A stretch of 64,000 nucleotides of DNA from Vitrella brassicaformis CCMP3155 (lineage: Eukaryota > Protista > Chromerida), in assembly GCA_001179505.1 (NCBI GenBank), contig CDMY01000315.1, forward strand, positions 61,192-125,191, in the 5' to 3' direction. The position numbers were made by a program, and so were the translations under genes. Below the pieces are notes generated by a model that searched no databases, had not been told where the DNA came from, and was given only the letters and a program-made list of their open reading frames with translations. This document shows, piece after piece, positions 29,059-42,159 of the stretch (position 1 is its first letter; the number at the start of each line of letters is the position of its first letter).

Positions 29059-30818
29059 ATCCAGTGGGGGGATATCCATACCGTTCGATGGAGGTATGCA
29101 TATGTATGCCACAACGAAGGAATGCCCTCATGCAAATAAATGTCTGTGTATGTATATGCAGATTCAGGCTGGTCCGTTTGCTGCTGGACTTCCACTTCCG
29201 CTGCTTCCGCAGGTGCGTCGTATAGATATCACAGGCATGCAGAAGCACACACATGTTTGCCCTTGCGTGGACGTTATCAGGGCATTAGTGTACGTCCCCC
29301 GGCGCTGCCGCACGGCGCAAGTGTGCGCCCTGGCATCTTTAATACTACGCGTAAGCAACATAAAGACACACACCCAACACAGAGAGAGAGAGTCTAGCGA
29401 ATGCCCATCCAGCCGCCGAGCTACGCACGTCCACAGGTATACGCGCATACACAAAGAAAGACAATCCATTTCCCCTATGTGTTCTGCCCTCACTGCCCCT
29501 CAGGGAGCCCGAACCCACAGACGCATGTGCGACGAAAGCGAGACGTACAGCAGAGATCATCTGCGCCTTGCTCTATGTCTGCAGGCCGCCCGGCGTCTCG
29601 ATGCTGCTGCGGCTGCTGGTGGTAACCACGTCCCCCCGGCAGGACGAGAGACATGTTTACCTGTGTGGTTACATTCTGATGTGTAGGGCATTACGTGCGC
29701 AGTCTGACTGATTTGGTGTGGGGGCTGTATGGATGGACGGATGGCCGGGAACGGTTAGTGGGTGGATGGAGAGAGGCAGCCATTCGTAGCAGGCGCTTTC
29801 GACGAGATGCTTTAGTTTTTTTTGTCTCTAGTGTTTTTCAATCGCTGCCCACATTTTATATTTTGATGTAAGCGCAGTCAACGAGCGGAGAACAGCTAGA
29901 CTGCTGAGCTAGTGTCCAAGAGAAGAGCCATAAAGAACAAAGCCAGGCATGTCCATGCGCTGCAGAGAGGGAGAGAGAGAGAGAGAGAGATGGCACGCCT
30001 GTCTCTCTCTCTCCCTCTTTATGTATGTGTGTTGTAGGGATGGCGTGTATGTATGTTGAGACACACATACACATACACATGTACAGGCAGAGAGAGCGAA
30101 GCCACCTGGCCTTTTGTGTGTGCGCCGTGTGCGTCAGGGGTGCAGCAAGTTCACTCGCCTGACAATCGCCTGTGCCTCTGTCTGCATTGCAGCAACACAT
30201 CAGTCATTCCGGGGGCGATTTGCCCTCCTGCTTCCGAAATGGAAGGATGGAGGGCGGTAGGATGGAGCTTTCTCTCTAGCATCTCGTCCACGAGGCACCC
30301 AGACGGACAGACAGACAGACAGACAGACATACAAACGTCCAGAGGTCAGTACTTAAAGGTGTGTGTACGTGTTTATCCGTGGGTGGACTGCACTCAGGGC
30401 GCGGCGCGTATGTGAGGACAAAGGAAGGAAGGATGGTTCAACGTGAATAGATTCACACATGCAGGCCTCACTCGAACAGAACAACAATCCATCCATTCGC
30501 CAGTGTCGGTCTCACGGCTCCGTCCTCGGCTGCACTGTGGATACGACCAGACAGACAGCGAGACGATGCCATCTGTCCAGACATAGCCATCGTGCTGACG
30601 AAGTCACCAGTGGTGGGAGCTGACAGCAATTCAGTGCCTCTCACGCACGTAACCAAAGCAGCTTCCCTCCCTCCGTCCCTCTCTCCTTCAGAGAGGTCTC
30701 TGTACACCCTGGCTGTACACTCACAGTCAGCAGCCATCACCACACGGCGTCAAAGTCAGCACGCACGCACACGCACAGATTCGTACAAAGCGTCTCAAGT
30801 CGTGCTGACGCACATCTA

Positions 30819-31630
30819 TCATCTCGCTGCGTCCACCGTGTCCATCTCTTCAAGTCGCCTTGTCTTGGTCGGCTCGTCCAGCGGATACTTGGCCGCCATC
30901 TCGGCGAACTGACACATACCACACCATCAACGCACACACGTGAATGTGTCCGTGAATATGGGCGTGGGCACCCACCTTGTCCTCAAGGGTGAGGTCATAG
31001 GGCAAGTGGGGAAAGACCTTGGTCTCAGGAGAGTACCTGCACCAAACACCATCATCCACCCATCCATCCAACACACAGATGCGCGAGTGCCGCTAGGTGT
31101 TGCCTGCCTGCCTGCCTGTGTATGTGTGTTTGCTTTGCGTCACCTTTGCCGCATGGCTATCCACTTGACGAAATTCTCTATCTCGTGCACCTGCACACAC
31201 AGAGATGCGCCACACGTACACCCTCTCTGCGTGCGCCTGACTGCATGTACCTACCTCCATCCTGTGCACGTCCACGCCGTTCTCCGTCAGCTGCCGATAC
31301 GCATTGCGCCTGGGGGGGTAGTCGGGGCACTGACCTGATTGACCCACACAACAGACAGACAGACAGACGCATAAGCAAACACAGTCACTCGCCTCTCTTA
31401 TGTGAGGGGGTGAGGGTGCGTGCCTGTGATGTAGAGAGACCACCAGGGCGACTGCACCTGCACACACGGGCACACAGCTGGATGGATGGATGGACAGATC
31501 AGCATTCAGAGGGCGCAGGAGATGAAGACTGAAGTGAAGATCTGACTTGTGGAGCGCTGGGCTGTGCTTCTTTCGTCAGCTGGAAGGGCAGCTTCTGCCC
31601 AGACACACGACAAAGGCGCGAAATGCGCAT
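30819..31630 (-). CDS. Small (~130 aa) hypothetical protein, 6 exons, possible mitochondrial presequence
   Basis: In-frame splice chain MRISRLCRVSGQKLPFQLTKEAQPSAPQ|VQSPWWSLYIT|GQCPDYPPRRNAYRQLTENGVDVHRME|VHEIENFVKWIAMRQR|YSPETKVFPHLPYDLTLEDK|FAEMAAKYPLDEPTKTRRLEEMDTVDAAR*; intron 2 (31335-31423) needs a GC donor. Confidence 0.65.
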
Positions 31631-31861
31631 CCCTCACTTTGGCGAGCTCAAATCTGCGAGCTCAAAGAAAACCGCGAGCAGGTGAGGAGGCGCAGCCACA
31701 GAGGAGATGACGTGTAACCGGTAGCCAAATTTGCTGAAATCGCAGCTGTCTGAAGCTCTCTGATACGCACACAGGCAAGAAGGACGCAGTGACGTTCATC
31801 TGCAGTGAATTGGACTCATCTGTTGTCTTGTTCGTCCATTCAGGGCTGCTCCTGAACGTTT

Positions 31862-32591
31862 ATGATGGCTGGCAGCAGCAGGCCGCCACTCGTTGCGCCA
31901 GGTACAGCGCGCGAATGCGCAGACGCTATGTATGTGTGTGTATGTGTGTGTTGGTGCCTGCAGGGGATGAGGAGCTCTATTACAGCAAGAAGCGCGCCGA
32001 GCTGCGGGTCAAAAGGATAGTGTCCAATAGAGAGCGGGAGAAAGTAAGTCGGTAGTATGTGAGTGCACTCACACACCTCCGGTGAGTGGCACAGCTTGGC
32101 CTTTTGTGAGTGCACTCAATGAAGGTGATAGCGGCGCTGCAGCGAGAGTCCTGGCACAGGAAGAAACAACAGGTTCGCTCAACGCGCACGCACACATAGC
32201 GCGATGATACACGCACGGGCGCTCACGCGATGTATGTGTGTGTGTGCAGGAGGCTGACCGCTTAGCTGAGGAGGAGAGGCAGCGCAAAATCGCAGAGAAG
32301 AAGGAACAGGTCAGTCAGTCGATCGCTGACTCATGGATGGATGGATGGATGGATGGATGGATACACCCCGACACACACCACACGTATGAGATGAATGTGC
32401 ATCGACCTAAAGCTATCCCTCTGTTGATCCACCCATCCATCTGTGCAGCTGCGTCAGTTGCTGGCCTTGCGCGAAGAGTGTCTGCTCACACTTGGGGAGG
32501 CGCGCAAAGAAGCCAAGCGCAAAGAACGGTCCGTACGCAGAGGACGCCGTGTGTATCTCTGCACAGAAACAGATGATTGGGTGCTCGGTGC

Positions 32592-32625
<34 letters not shown>

Positions 32626-33262
32626 AGGGAAAAGGCTGTGCAGGAGGCTGAGAACGCTGTCGAGCAAAAGAGAATCGAAGAGCGGCAGGTGGAGGTAAGT
32701 CGACTGCATCATATCAGTGCTTATACACGCATGCATTTCTTTATATGCACACACACAGAAGAATATGTATGTGTGTCACGTGTGTCACGTCACGTGTTTG
32801 TCAGCGTTCGCGTGCGGCCCTGTGCACAGAGCGGGCGCGGCTGTTGGCCATGCAGATGGGCAAGGAGATGAAATCCGAACGTCTGTGGGAAGTGGTACGC
32901 ATCCATCCCATCCCATCCCATCTAATCTACCCTCCTCCTCCCCCCTTCCCAACCCGATCCACAACACAAACACATACGCAAGCAGCCAGCCAGCCAGCCG
33001 TGTGTGTGTCCGTGTGTGTGCGTTTGTTGTGCAGAGACGCCAGGAGGACATACGCGCTCAGGTATGTTGGTTGACGTCATGTGACGCTGCCGCACAGTCG
33101 CCAGATCCTCTATCTGTGTGTGGGTGGGTGGGTGGGTGGGTGGCACAATAGAGGGTTGCCGAGACCTTCAAGCGCCTTGAGGAGATGATGGCCAAGCGCA
33201 AGGAGATCGACGGCGGCAATGACAGCGAGGTAATCGCGTGTCCATACCCACATCCATCTCAC

Positions 33263-33294
<32 letters not shown>

Positions 33295-36200
33295 TACACA
33301 CACTGTTGTCCATCCACCAGGAGTCGTTCGCGATTGGCCGGCCGCTGCCGCGAGAGAGGAAGGCCATGCGCACCACTGGTAGGCACACGTTTCTGCGTCT
33401 GTGTGTGTATGTGATTCTCTGTGCCTGTCGATCGATCAGCTGCCGGGCTGACGGACTACTCGAACACACGCTTCCACATCGCCGCGTACATGGACAAACT
33501 CGCCAAGCAGGAGGGCGACACTAGCGGCAACAACACAGGTACGTCCCGCATCTCACACACACGAAACACTTGTCGCATGTGCGTAGTGAGTGGGTGTTTG
33601 TGTGCGTCATTCAGCCGAGAAGCCGCTCTTTGACGGCATCCGGCCGCACTCGCCCGACAAACTCCCTGCGCCAAGACACATAGGTGTGATGGATACGCGC
33701 ACACGTCCACTCACAAACACACAAAGATCTATGTGTGTGTGTGTTTTGCCATAGGTCTGACGGAAGAGCAGCAGCGCAACGTCGAGATGAGGGACCGGCT
33801 GGTCAGCGAGCGAATGCAGCGGGACAAACTCATTCAGGTGGGTGGGTCGGTGCCACCGGACCAGTGCACAGCCCTCACACACACGAACGTTCGAACATGT
33901 GTGTTGTGTGTATTGGTGTCTGTGTGTCCGTGTGTCTGTCGATATGCAGGCGTGTGAAGCGCAGCTTGAGGAGATGACGAGAGCCGACAGGAAGATGAAG
34001 GCAAAGAGGGTGGGTGTGTGAGGTGTGGGCGAGAAGGGGGGGACCCACCACACACACGTCCACACACACACATGTACTTTGTTGTCGTGCTGTATCTGTC
34101 CACCACCCCTACCCACAGGCGAGCGAGGCGCCCCCGCCCGTCATCCCCGCCGACCAAGAAACGTACGCAACCAGGGCAGTCCGGTTCGAGCGCAGATTCG
34201 GTCGGCCAATGGACTCTGGCCATCATCCACACCACCACTACCACCAGCAGCAGCAGCACCAGCAACTCAACGAGCGAGAGGTGGGTCTCTTTCTTGCCCA
34301 CGACAGACAGGCACAGACATGCACTCTCTTCTTGAGTGACGTGTGTCGTCATGCACTCACAGAAAGATCTCAGCCCGCCCCCGTCACCATCGCCACCTTC
34401 CCCGCCATTTGGCTCACAGGTATGCGTTCATTGCGATCAATGGGTGGCCTCCATCCATCTGCACTGCAGGCACATGTGCATGCGGTGTGTGATGTGTGAT
34501 GTGTGTGCGCAGTCGCCTGCACGGCCGCTGAGTGAGCCACACCCAGCAGCCAACGCGCGGGAATGCAGGAAGACCTCTGCACAACTCGGTGCGCCGCCCT
34601 TTGTGCTGTGACACGGGAATATGTGTGTGCACCATCAATTGTGTGTCAGTGGTGGCTGGTGTTCCTGTGCCGCCACAAGTGGGGTCGCCCCCGGGTAGTG
34701 ACAAAGCAGCAGAGGTGGAGAGCGGTGTGTGTCAGGACCGCCCCGACCGCCCCGACCGCCCCGACCGCCCCGACCGCCCCGGCCCGGCACACACGCCTGC
34801 TCGCAGTGCTGATGTGGATGTGGGTGTTGCGGTGGATGAGGGGTCGGCCTCTGATGAGCTGCTGACGTACAGCAAGACGAGCTACCTGACCTCACCGTTC
34901 CTAAGCGACTCGCCCACACCCATGCGTACACACACACACACAACACACACACAGAGCACCCACGCAATGGATGGATGGATGGATGGCTGCACAGGCCTCC
35001 CTGACGCGAAGGCGACATCGCCTCCACGGCAGCCCGTCGACCGTACGTCTGCAAATGCACAAAAGACGCACACGCGTATCACTTCGCTCATGTGTGTGTG
35101 TGGGTGTGTGTGTGGGTGTGTCGCACAGGTCCGATGGACCGTCTCGACGCCGAGTTTGCGGCCATTCCGGAGCGGGTCTACCAGGAGGGCATCATTCCAC
35201 CTCAATCACCACCCCCACCACACAGTGCTGCGGTCAGTGCCCTCTCTCAGATGATGGCCCTCTGCATGCGCCTGTGGTGCAGGAAAGCGGTGGCGATGGT
35301 GTGCGGCCGTTGGTGTCACCTCAGCGGGCGAGATTGAGGGCCAGCCGGGGCGGCGATACCGATGCTGGCCGTCCGACCATGACAGCCGTGCCATTCAGCG
35401 TACGGAAGGGACCACACAGAGTCACACAGACGCATGGAAGCAGTGACGTGTCTATTAAATGGATGGACCCAGGTGCCGCCCGACCGTCTGCTGGAGCCAG
35501 CGTCACCTGAGCAGGAGAGACCAGATCGATCAGATCGACCAGATCGACCAGATCGGCCGGTGGCTTCTCCAGAGCGGAGGAGACGAGCTCCGGTGCGTAC
35601 ACTTACACACCGGCAGCCACATCCATCGATCCATCCATCCATTCCAGGCATATGGCCATGTATACACATCTGCGTCTGATGGGCGTTTGCAGGGCTACTC
35701 GTCTCGCAACCCGATTGCCGGGCTGGAGGACTTCAGAGAGCAGCTGGTGCGTTCGTTCTCGCGGCACCATACACACACACCTGGATGGATGGATCCGTGT
35801 GTGTGCAGGAGGCGACGATGGAGCGTGTGGTGAGCGGCATCATTTCCATAGAGGAGAAGAGGAGGCAGTCGCTCTCGCCCGACAGATACGGTGCGCGCAC
35901 TCAGCCAGTCATCGAAAAGCGTATGTGGCGACATGGACGTGTGTGTCTGCAGGTGGCCGGCCGTGCACGCGATCGCTCTCTCCTGACAACAAGCGGGCAA
36001 CAAGAGAAGACGACAAGCATGGTGCAGGTGACACAGAGAGCCGCGAAACCTACACAAATTCGTAGGTATTCTCACACACACACACAGATGCGGCCTCTCT
36101 GTCGCGCAACAACACGTCGCCACCCAGAGGCGCAAGACAGCCCAGATACGAGTGTAAGCACCACCCCACAACCTCCCCTATTGCCCAAATGCGTGTGTGT

Positions 36201-36720
36201 CTGTATGCAGCTGTGCCAAAGAGCCACGTGACGTCGCTTGCGTGCACGGACGATACCGAGACCGATGCTCCCGGCCACGGCCATGGAGTGCCAGTCATCC
36301 CGCCACCACCAATGCCGCCCTGCTCGGCAGGTACTCACGTGTCAATGCACATGAAAGCGCTCCTTCCTGACGTCTGTGTGCGTGTGTGTTGTGTGTTGTG
36401 TGTGGCAGGGAGCATTGCCATGCTGGAATTGCAGGCGATGCGACGCAGACAGGAGGGGTCGCCCCACCCCAGCAGCCCCTCTGTGGACGAAATAGAGATA
36501 CCCCCCTTCTCGGCAACGTACAAGAGAGGTACACAGATATGCCCACACACACGTACATGCAACACACGAAGTACGCTGGATGGTACACATCAGGTGCGAT
36601 CCCCGATCAACCCCCGCTCCACCGGCCGCCATCTGTGGTGGCCTCACTGCCGCGAAGCGACGCAGACAACACAAGTACACCCGCTCGCAGACACTCACAT
36701 GTGCACATCCATCCCTGTGC

Positions 36721-36751
<31 letters not shown>

Positions 36752-37744
36752 CAGGCGAGCGAGGCATCGATTCGCCTCCAGCGTGCTGTGTGCCGGCCAC
36801 GGAAGTGCCCACACTCAGTGCAACACCACAGGTACACAGACAGACAGACAGACAGATACCTCCTCTATACTGTGAGCGTGCGCGAGTTTGTGTGTCTCTC
36901 AGGGGGATGACGGTCACCATCGCACGCAACAGCCCCTTCACGAGATGGTCTTCATGTCGCCCAGCAGCAGACAGAGAGAGAGAGACAAGAGTGGTGATGG
37001 TGATGGTGGTGCGGCTGCGGATGGCGGCCTCCCGCCACCCAGACACACCAGACAAACAGCAACAACCGAGGTGTGGATGCAGGCATCCAGCCATCCATCG
37101 GACACACACTCATGGACAAGTGTGTGGTTGTTCTCGGTGACAGTCGGGCTCGCTCACCCTGCAGGAGTCCTTTCTGCAGCGCATGAGCACCCTCGCCAAG
37201 CGCATAGAGAGGCGACACCAGGCATGCGGCCACACGCACGCGCACACACACACATCACTGAGGATGCATATACCGATCTCTCGCCACATCTCGCCATTCT
37301 CTGTGTCTGTAGGCGGTCAGGGAGCACTCCGATCAGCGCAGAAGACAACACGACACGGCCCACAGATCGCCGCACTCCCGAAAACGATCGCCGGTTCGCA
37401 CACACGTCCAGAACACAATGACGCGTACACGTGTGTATGCTCATGCAGCACTTGGAGACGCCCTACTTCGGCAACGCGCCCTACCGGTCGGCCGAGCACA
37501 CCCCAGCACACCACCACAGAGAGGTACGTTACCTGACCAGAGAGGGACGGAGGGAGATTACTGCATTACAGCACCATGTGTCTGTGGGGACGTCGATTGC
37601 TCGCAGGTGCGTCTGGGCACCCCTGTGGTGCACAATGCTCGTCATGGTGGGCCAGCAGCAGCGGCGGGCGGCCGGCAGCAGCACAGGACGCCCTCATTCG
37701 GATGGGGCGGTAGCGCGTCGCCATCGCCCAACAGACGGAGATAG
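31862..37744 (+). CDS. Large coiled-coil / low-complexity hypothetical protein, many short exons
   Basis: Starts MMAGSSRPPLVAP|GDEELYYSKKRAELRVKRIVSNREREK; successive E/K/R/Q-rich helical exons (EADRLAEEERQRKIAEKKEQ, EKAVQEAENAVEQKRIEERQVE, GLTEEQQRNVEMRDRLVSERMQRDKLIQ); last exon VRLGTPVV...SPSPNRRR* ends 37744. Middle exons not all verified. Confidence 0.7.
34736..34780 (+). repeat. Coding 9-bp tandem repeat (GACCGCCCC)x5 = (DRP)5
   Basis: Read directly from the sequence, immediately after an intron acceptor. Confidence 0.9.
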
Positions 37745-38236
37745 GTTGATAGACAGCTGTACCTGCAGGTATGTGTGTGTGGGGATGGGTCATGTATGCG
37801 TTGATTGAGCTGACGAGGGCGTGTTCTGACTGACCCGTGTCAATAATTGAACGACGGATGCACATGCGCCTTCACAGTGACTGACGGTCAGATACATCTC
37901 AACCTACTCACTCCATGTGGAAGTATCTGTCTGCACAGACAGAGAGAGAAAACGCGTCTACACACCGCAGTATACATACATGTACACAGGCACCACAGGT
38001 CGACCTCGGGAGACCGACGGGTGGGCATCAAGCCCACTCCTGCGTCGTGTCACTCGCAGCAGGCAGGCAGCTAGCTAGTCAGGCAGACACGTACTATATA
38101 GACAAAACGGATGCATTTGTGCGGATGCAGAAGACGGCTTCAGTCAGCAAATGGTTGGAAGCCGTCTTCTGCATCCGCACAAATGCGTCAACCAATGCGT
38201 CAACCACCATACACTCTCCTGAACGAATGGATGAGA

Positions 38237-40369
38237 TCAGACACACATCTTACAGTGGCATTTGTTTGCGTGTGGTTCATGTACTCGGCTCTTGAGAGTG
38301 GCGATTTCCTCCCTAAGTCGCTCAATCTCGGCCTCCAGACGACGCCGCTCGGCCGCTTCCTGCGCACACTGCAGAGTCACACAGACAGACACAGATGCAG
38401 AAGGGGTCGGTGATATGAACTACCTTCTTGTTGCACGTGATGAGTTGTTTGTAGAGCTTGTCGAAGGCCCCGTCATCCTGTGCGTCGACTGCCTTCTTCA
38501 GGGCTTTCTTGAAGGCCGTCTGGATGGCTGACGGGAGGAGGGGCACCACGGGAAGGACGGCGGCCACACCTTTGATGTCAAAGTCAGACTCCAGCGCGGA
38601 TGAGACTTGATCAACACGATATTGGGACAGGCCCTCGATGGCCGCCGCCCAATACAGCATGAGTGGAAGGCGATGACGCTGCACCACAGCCAGGTTGGAA
38701 ACCGGATACTCAGCGACTTCACGATGAATCGACCTGCACACACAGACGATCACAGAGACAGACAGAGAGAGAGAGAGAGAGTGAGAGAGGAGGACACGTA
38801 TCGTGTGTGCATGTCATCTCCCCACTCACTTGGCCATCCGGGAGATCTCCTCATAGCAGCCGTCAATGACGCACATCCGCAGATAGTGCAGGGCCAGTAC
38901 ACGCAGCGGGAAGTAGCGAACCGTCATCTGCAGCACGACATCCTTGAGACGGATGTCCCCCAGCCCCTGCTGCGGCAGCGCATCGGCACCAATAACGCGG
39001 GCGCTGCAAAACAGCCAGCTTACCCGTCCCATCAGCTTTATGCCGAATTCACTGACAGAGGCGCCAGTCGACGTCACCTTGCCCATGCGGATCTTGCGCG
39101 AAGCCATCAGAGTCGGGCTCTCATGCAGCTGGATCGCGGGGCGTGTGGCATCGGAATCGCCGTGAGGATGAGCCACCTCCAGACAGCCATCAGGAGCATA
39201 GCATGACACGAAAGACTCCCCCTCAGCTCGCCTTCCAACGACTGGATGGAACTTGACGTACCAGCCCGCCACTTCCGTCAGCTTGGCATCGCCGTCGCGG
39301 ATGGCATTGGCTGGCAGATCGCTGGATGTGGGAGGGGCGTAGGGAGGGGGAAGACCCACCACCTCGACAGAGAAGCCCATACACGTGATGGCTCCCCCCC
39401 GCTCGTCGGCAAAGGGCCGCACCGTCGCCGTAGAAGAGGATGAGAATTCGTCGGACTCGAAAACGGCCGCTGCAGACGGACAGGACGACACCGACCACAG
39501 ACAAGCAGAGGTGTTGCTGATGTGAGCCGTTCCACCTGTCCTCTTGTTTACCCTGTGCGGCCGAGAGAGATGCCGTGTTCGTCACCGATGTCATGAATTT
39601 GGCGAGCTCTTGACGCGACACATCGACTGCATCGTACGAGATGGCATCTGCCAGGCTGGCCACCCAAGCTCACCGCTGCCTTGGTGGCATCGGTGTCCTC
39701 GCCCATTTCGCGACGACGCCACTGCTCGCGGATGACGTCAGGCCTCTTGCGGAGGGACTGACGCAGCGCCGCGCAAATGTCGGTATGGCGGTGGATGAAG
39801 CGGGCGATGAATGGATAGCGGGCGATAGTGTCCAGCAACTTGCTGGCCAGCTGATGGTCGGCAAGCCATCCCTCTCCCACAACCTGACACAGACCAAAAG
39901 GCACCGACAGTGGAACCATGAACGAGATTGAGGTCTCTCTCTTGCCGATGCTCGCCTTGCGATGGATGCGCCACAGGAGGCTCTTGTTGCTGCCGGTGGT
40001 AAAGATCTGGTCGGTGTCGAATTGCAGGTAGTCCAGCGCCACCATCGCGTCGAGCAGATTGTCCCTGGTCAGCGAGTCCACTATGTCCACCTCCTGCTGC
40101 AGGACCACCTCACCGATGGGCCGGCTGATCTTCTCGATGGACACCTGACGCTCCTGGCCCTCCTGAAACTCGCCGTCCATCACCTGCACCCACACACACA
40201 GAGGACACACATGGCGTGCATGTCACGTGTCTGTCATCTCTGCCGTGTGTGGTGTGTCGCATCTCACCTGAGTGAAGTATCTGAATGGCAGCAGAATGCC
40301 CTCCTTGACGACGAGCGGCGCATCGCCCTCCGCATCGCCAGCGAACCGCACACTCACAGACGGCTCCAT
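38237..40369 (-). CDS. BTB/POZ-like domain protein with C-terminal coiled coil, multi-exon
   Basis: N-terminus MEPSVSVRFAGD...LLPFRYFTQ|VMDGEFQEGQERQVSIEKISRPIGEVVL...LTRDNLLDAMVALDYLQF fits the BTB pattern (YF..M..G.F.E....V.I..IS ... N...L...DYLQ). C-terminal AQEAAERRRLEAEIERLREEIATLK; exact 3' end uncertain. Confidence 0.65.
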
Positions 40370-41094
40370 CACACCGCTCACCGCAGCAGGAGGACGACAG
40401 CAGACACCGAGGAGGCGACGGCAGCACCCTCGACGAGAGCAGAGGACCCCACGACGGAGATGCGCCGCAACGGAAGAAACACAGATCCTTCCAGTCTCTC
40501 TCCTTTTCAGTCAGGCGACGATCAGAAGGCTTGTGCTGGTGCCCACTCCTGTGTACGGTGCTGTTGAAATCTCTCCGTGATGCGAGCTGAGCTCGCAGCG
40601 TTTTTTCTTCCTGCCCCTTCTCAGGGCCTCGACCATCGCCTCTGGCCCTTGTTGTGCTCATTGCCTTCGCCGCCCGCCGTTTCCTCATGTGCTGATTCAT
40701 TCATCCCGTGATACTGTGATCATCCAGTTGGTGTGATCTTTGAAGCTGCATGCCAGCAGAGGTGTGTAGGAGGAAACAGGCAACACTGAATCACACGGTT
40801 GCATCAGATTCACACGTACACGACCTGTGTCTGTGTGTCTGTCTGGGTGTCTGTCTGTGTGTTTGTCTGTTTGTCTGTGTGTCAGTCTGTCTGTCTGTCT
40901 GTCAGATGATGGTCGACTTGCTCAAGTGGCTGTGTTGTCTGTGTGTCATCGGTCTGTTCATCGTCTGTCTATTTGCCGAAGGAAGGAGGGTCAGCACTGC
41001 GGCCTGTCTGCTGCGTGCATCTGTGTAGCCATCACATCTCTCCCTTGTGTCTGTGTGTGCGCAAATGCCCGTCGATCGACGACCTGCTGAATGA

Positions 41095-41996
41095 ATGAAG
41101 TGGCTGCATCGCCATCTCTGGCTGCCACTGCTCATTCACACGGGACTCATCGGAGACCTTCGCAGGTGGGAGTGGAGAGCAAGCTTCAAGTGGGGCACGC
41201 TTGAGGAGGCCACAGAGTCGGCCAAGCGGCTCAGAGAGGATATCCCGCACCTGCAGGAGGAGCTTGCCAGAGTTGCGGTATACAAGGAGGAATCCCGCGC
41301 CAGCTTGGAGAAGAATCCGGACAACGGGGTTCAACGGATAGGATACAACTTCTGGTCAGAGGACCACGAATTCCTCCGCGGCCGCTTGCAAGAGTGCCAG
41401 CAGATCCTGTGCAGGGCGGAGTACGCCATCTACAAATTCAATCAGGCGAATCAGACGGGTGGGCAAGGATGACACACAACACAGACAGAGAGAGAGATGT
41501 GCACACGTGGGGCTTTCATTGCTTTATTTACTTTCAGCTCCACAAGTAAACGCCCATCCAGCAGCTGCGCCAGTGACCTCCCGTCCGGAAGCTGCGCAGC
41601 AGGTGAGCACAGCTGTCCAGGTAGACCTCGGTCCGGCAGCTGCGGAAGTGACCTCCCGTCCGGAAGCTGCGCAGCAGGTGACCAAAGCTGTGCAGGTGGA
41701 CCTCCCTCCGCCAAGGTCATCGCTTTGCCGGAGTCGGTCTTGCCCAGCACTCACGGCTGCTGCAGGTAAAGGCCTGCAATGAATGGCGTATATGTCTGTG
41801 GCTCATGGTCGATTCACTCGTGCTGTCTGATCGTTTAGATGACCGGAGCCCTCCTTGTGGCGGCCATGGCGACACGGACGCGCCCCTGTCACCCGAGCCG
41901 AGGATGATACAAGCAGTGGCGACGCTAGCGGCCCCAGCTGTCGCGGACTCTCTGCGGCTGCGGCAGGGCCAGACAGCAGCCGGGAGCGTCGACTGA
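41095..41996 (+). CDS. Hypothetical protein (~250 aa), 3 exons, with a 25-aa internal duplication
   Basis: Exons 41095-41458, 41538-41765 and 41839-41996 join in phase 1 with GT-AG sites; the start codon is uncertain. Confidence 0.55.
41561..41710 (+). repeat. Coding tandem duplication, 2 x 75 bp
   Basis: AAAPVTSRPEAAQQVSTAVQVDLGP / AAAEVTSRPEAAQQVTKAVQVDLPP. Confidence 0.9.
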
Positions 41997-42159
41997 CCGG
42001 CAGTGGAGCACTAACCGTTGCCTACCGTCCTTTTCGACTCACTTTTTTCGGCGTTCGTCATTCTTTCAAAAGAGGGAGGGGGCTGGGTGGGGTGCGTGAG
42101 TCGCCTGAGTGTTCGGCTTGGTGCCGGACAACTCATCTATCTCTGTTCCTCTTCTACTC

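Noticed and set aside
40906-40990. Signal-peptide-like ORF MMVDLLKWLCCLCVIGLFIVCLFA as first exon of the 41095 gene
   Set aside because: I could not find a donor/acceptor pair joining it in frame, and the hydrophobicity may simply reflect TG/TC-rich sequence.
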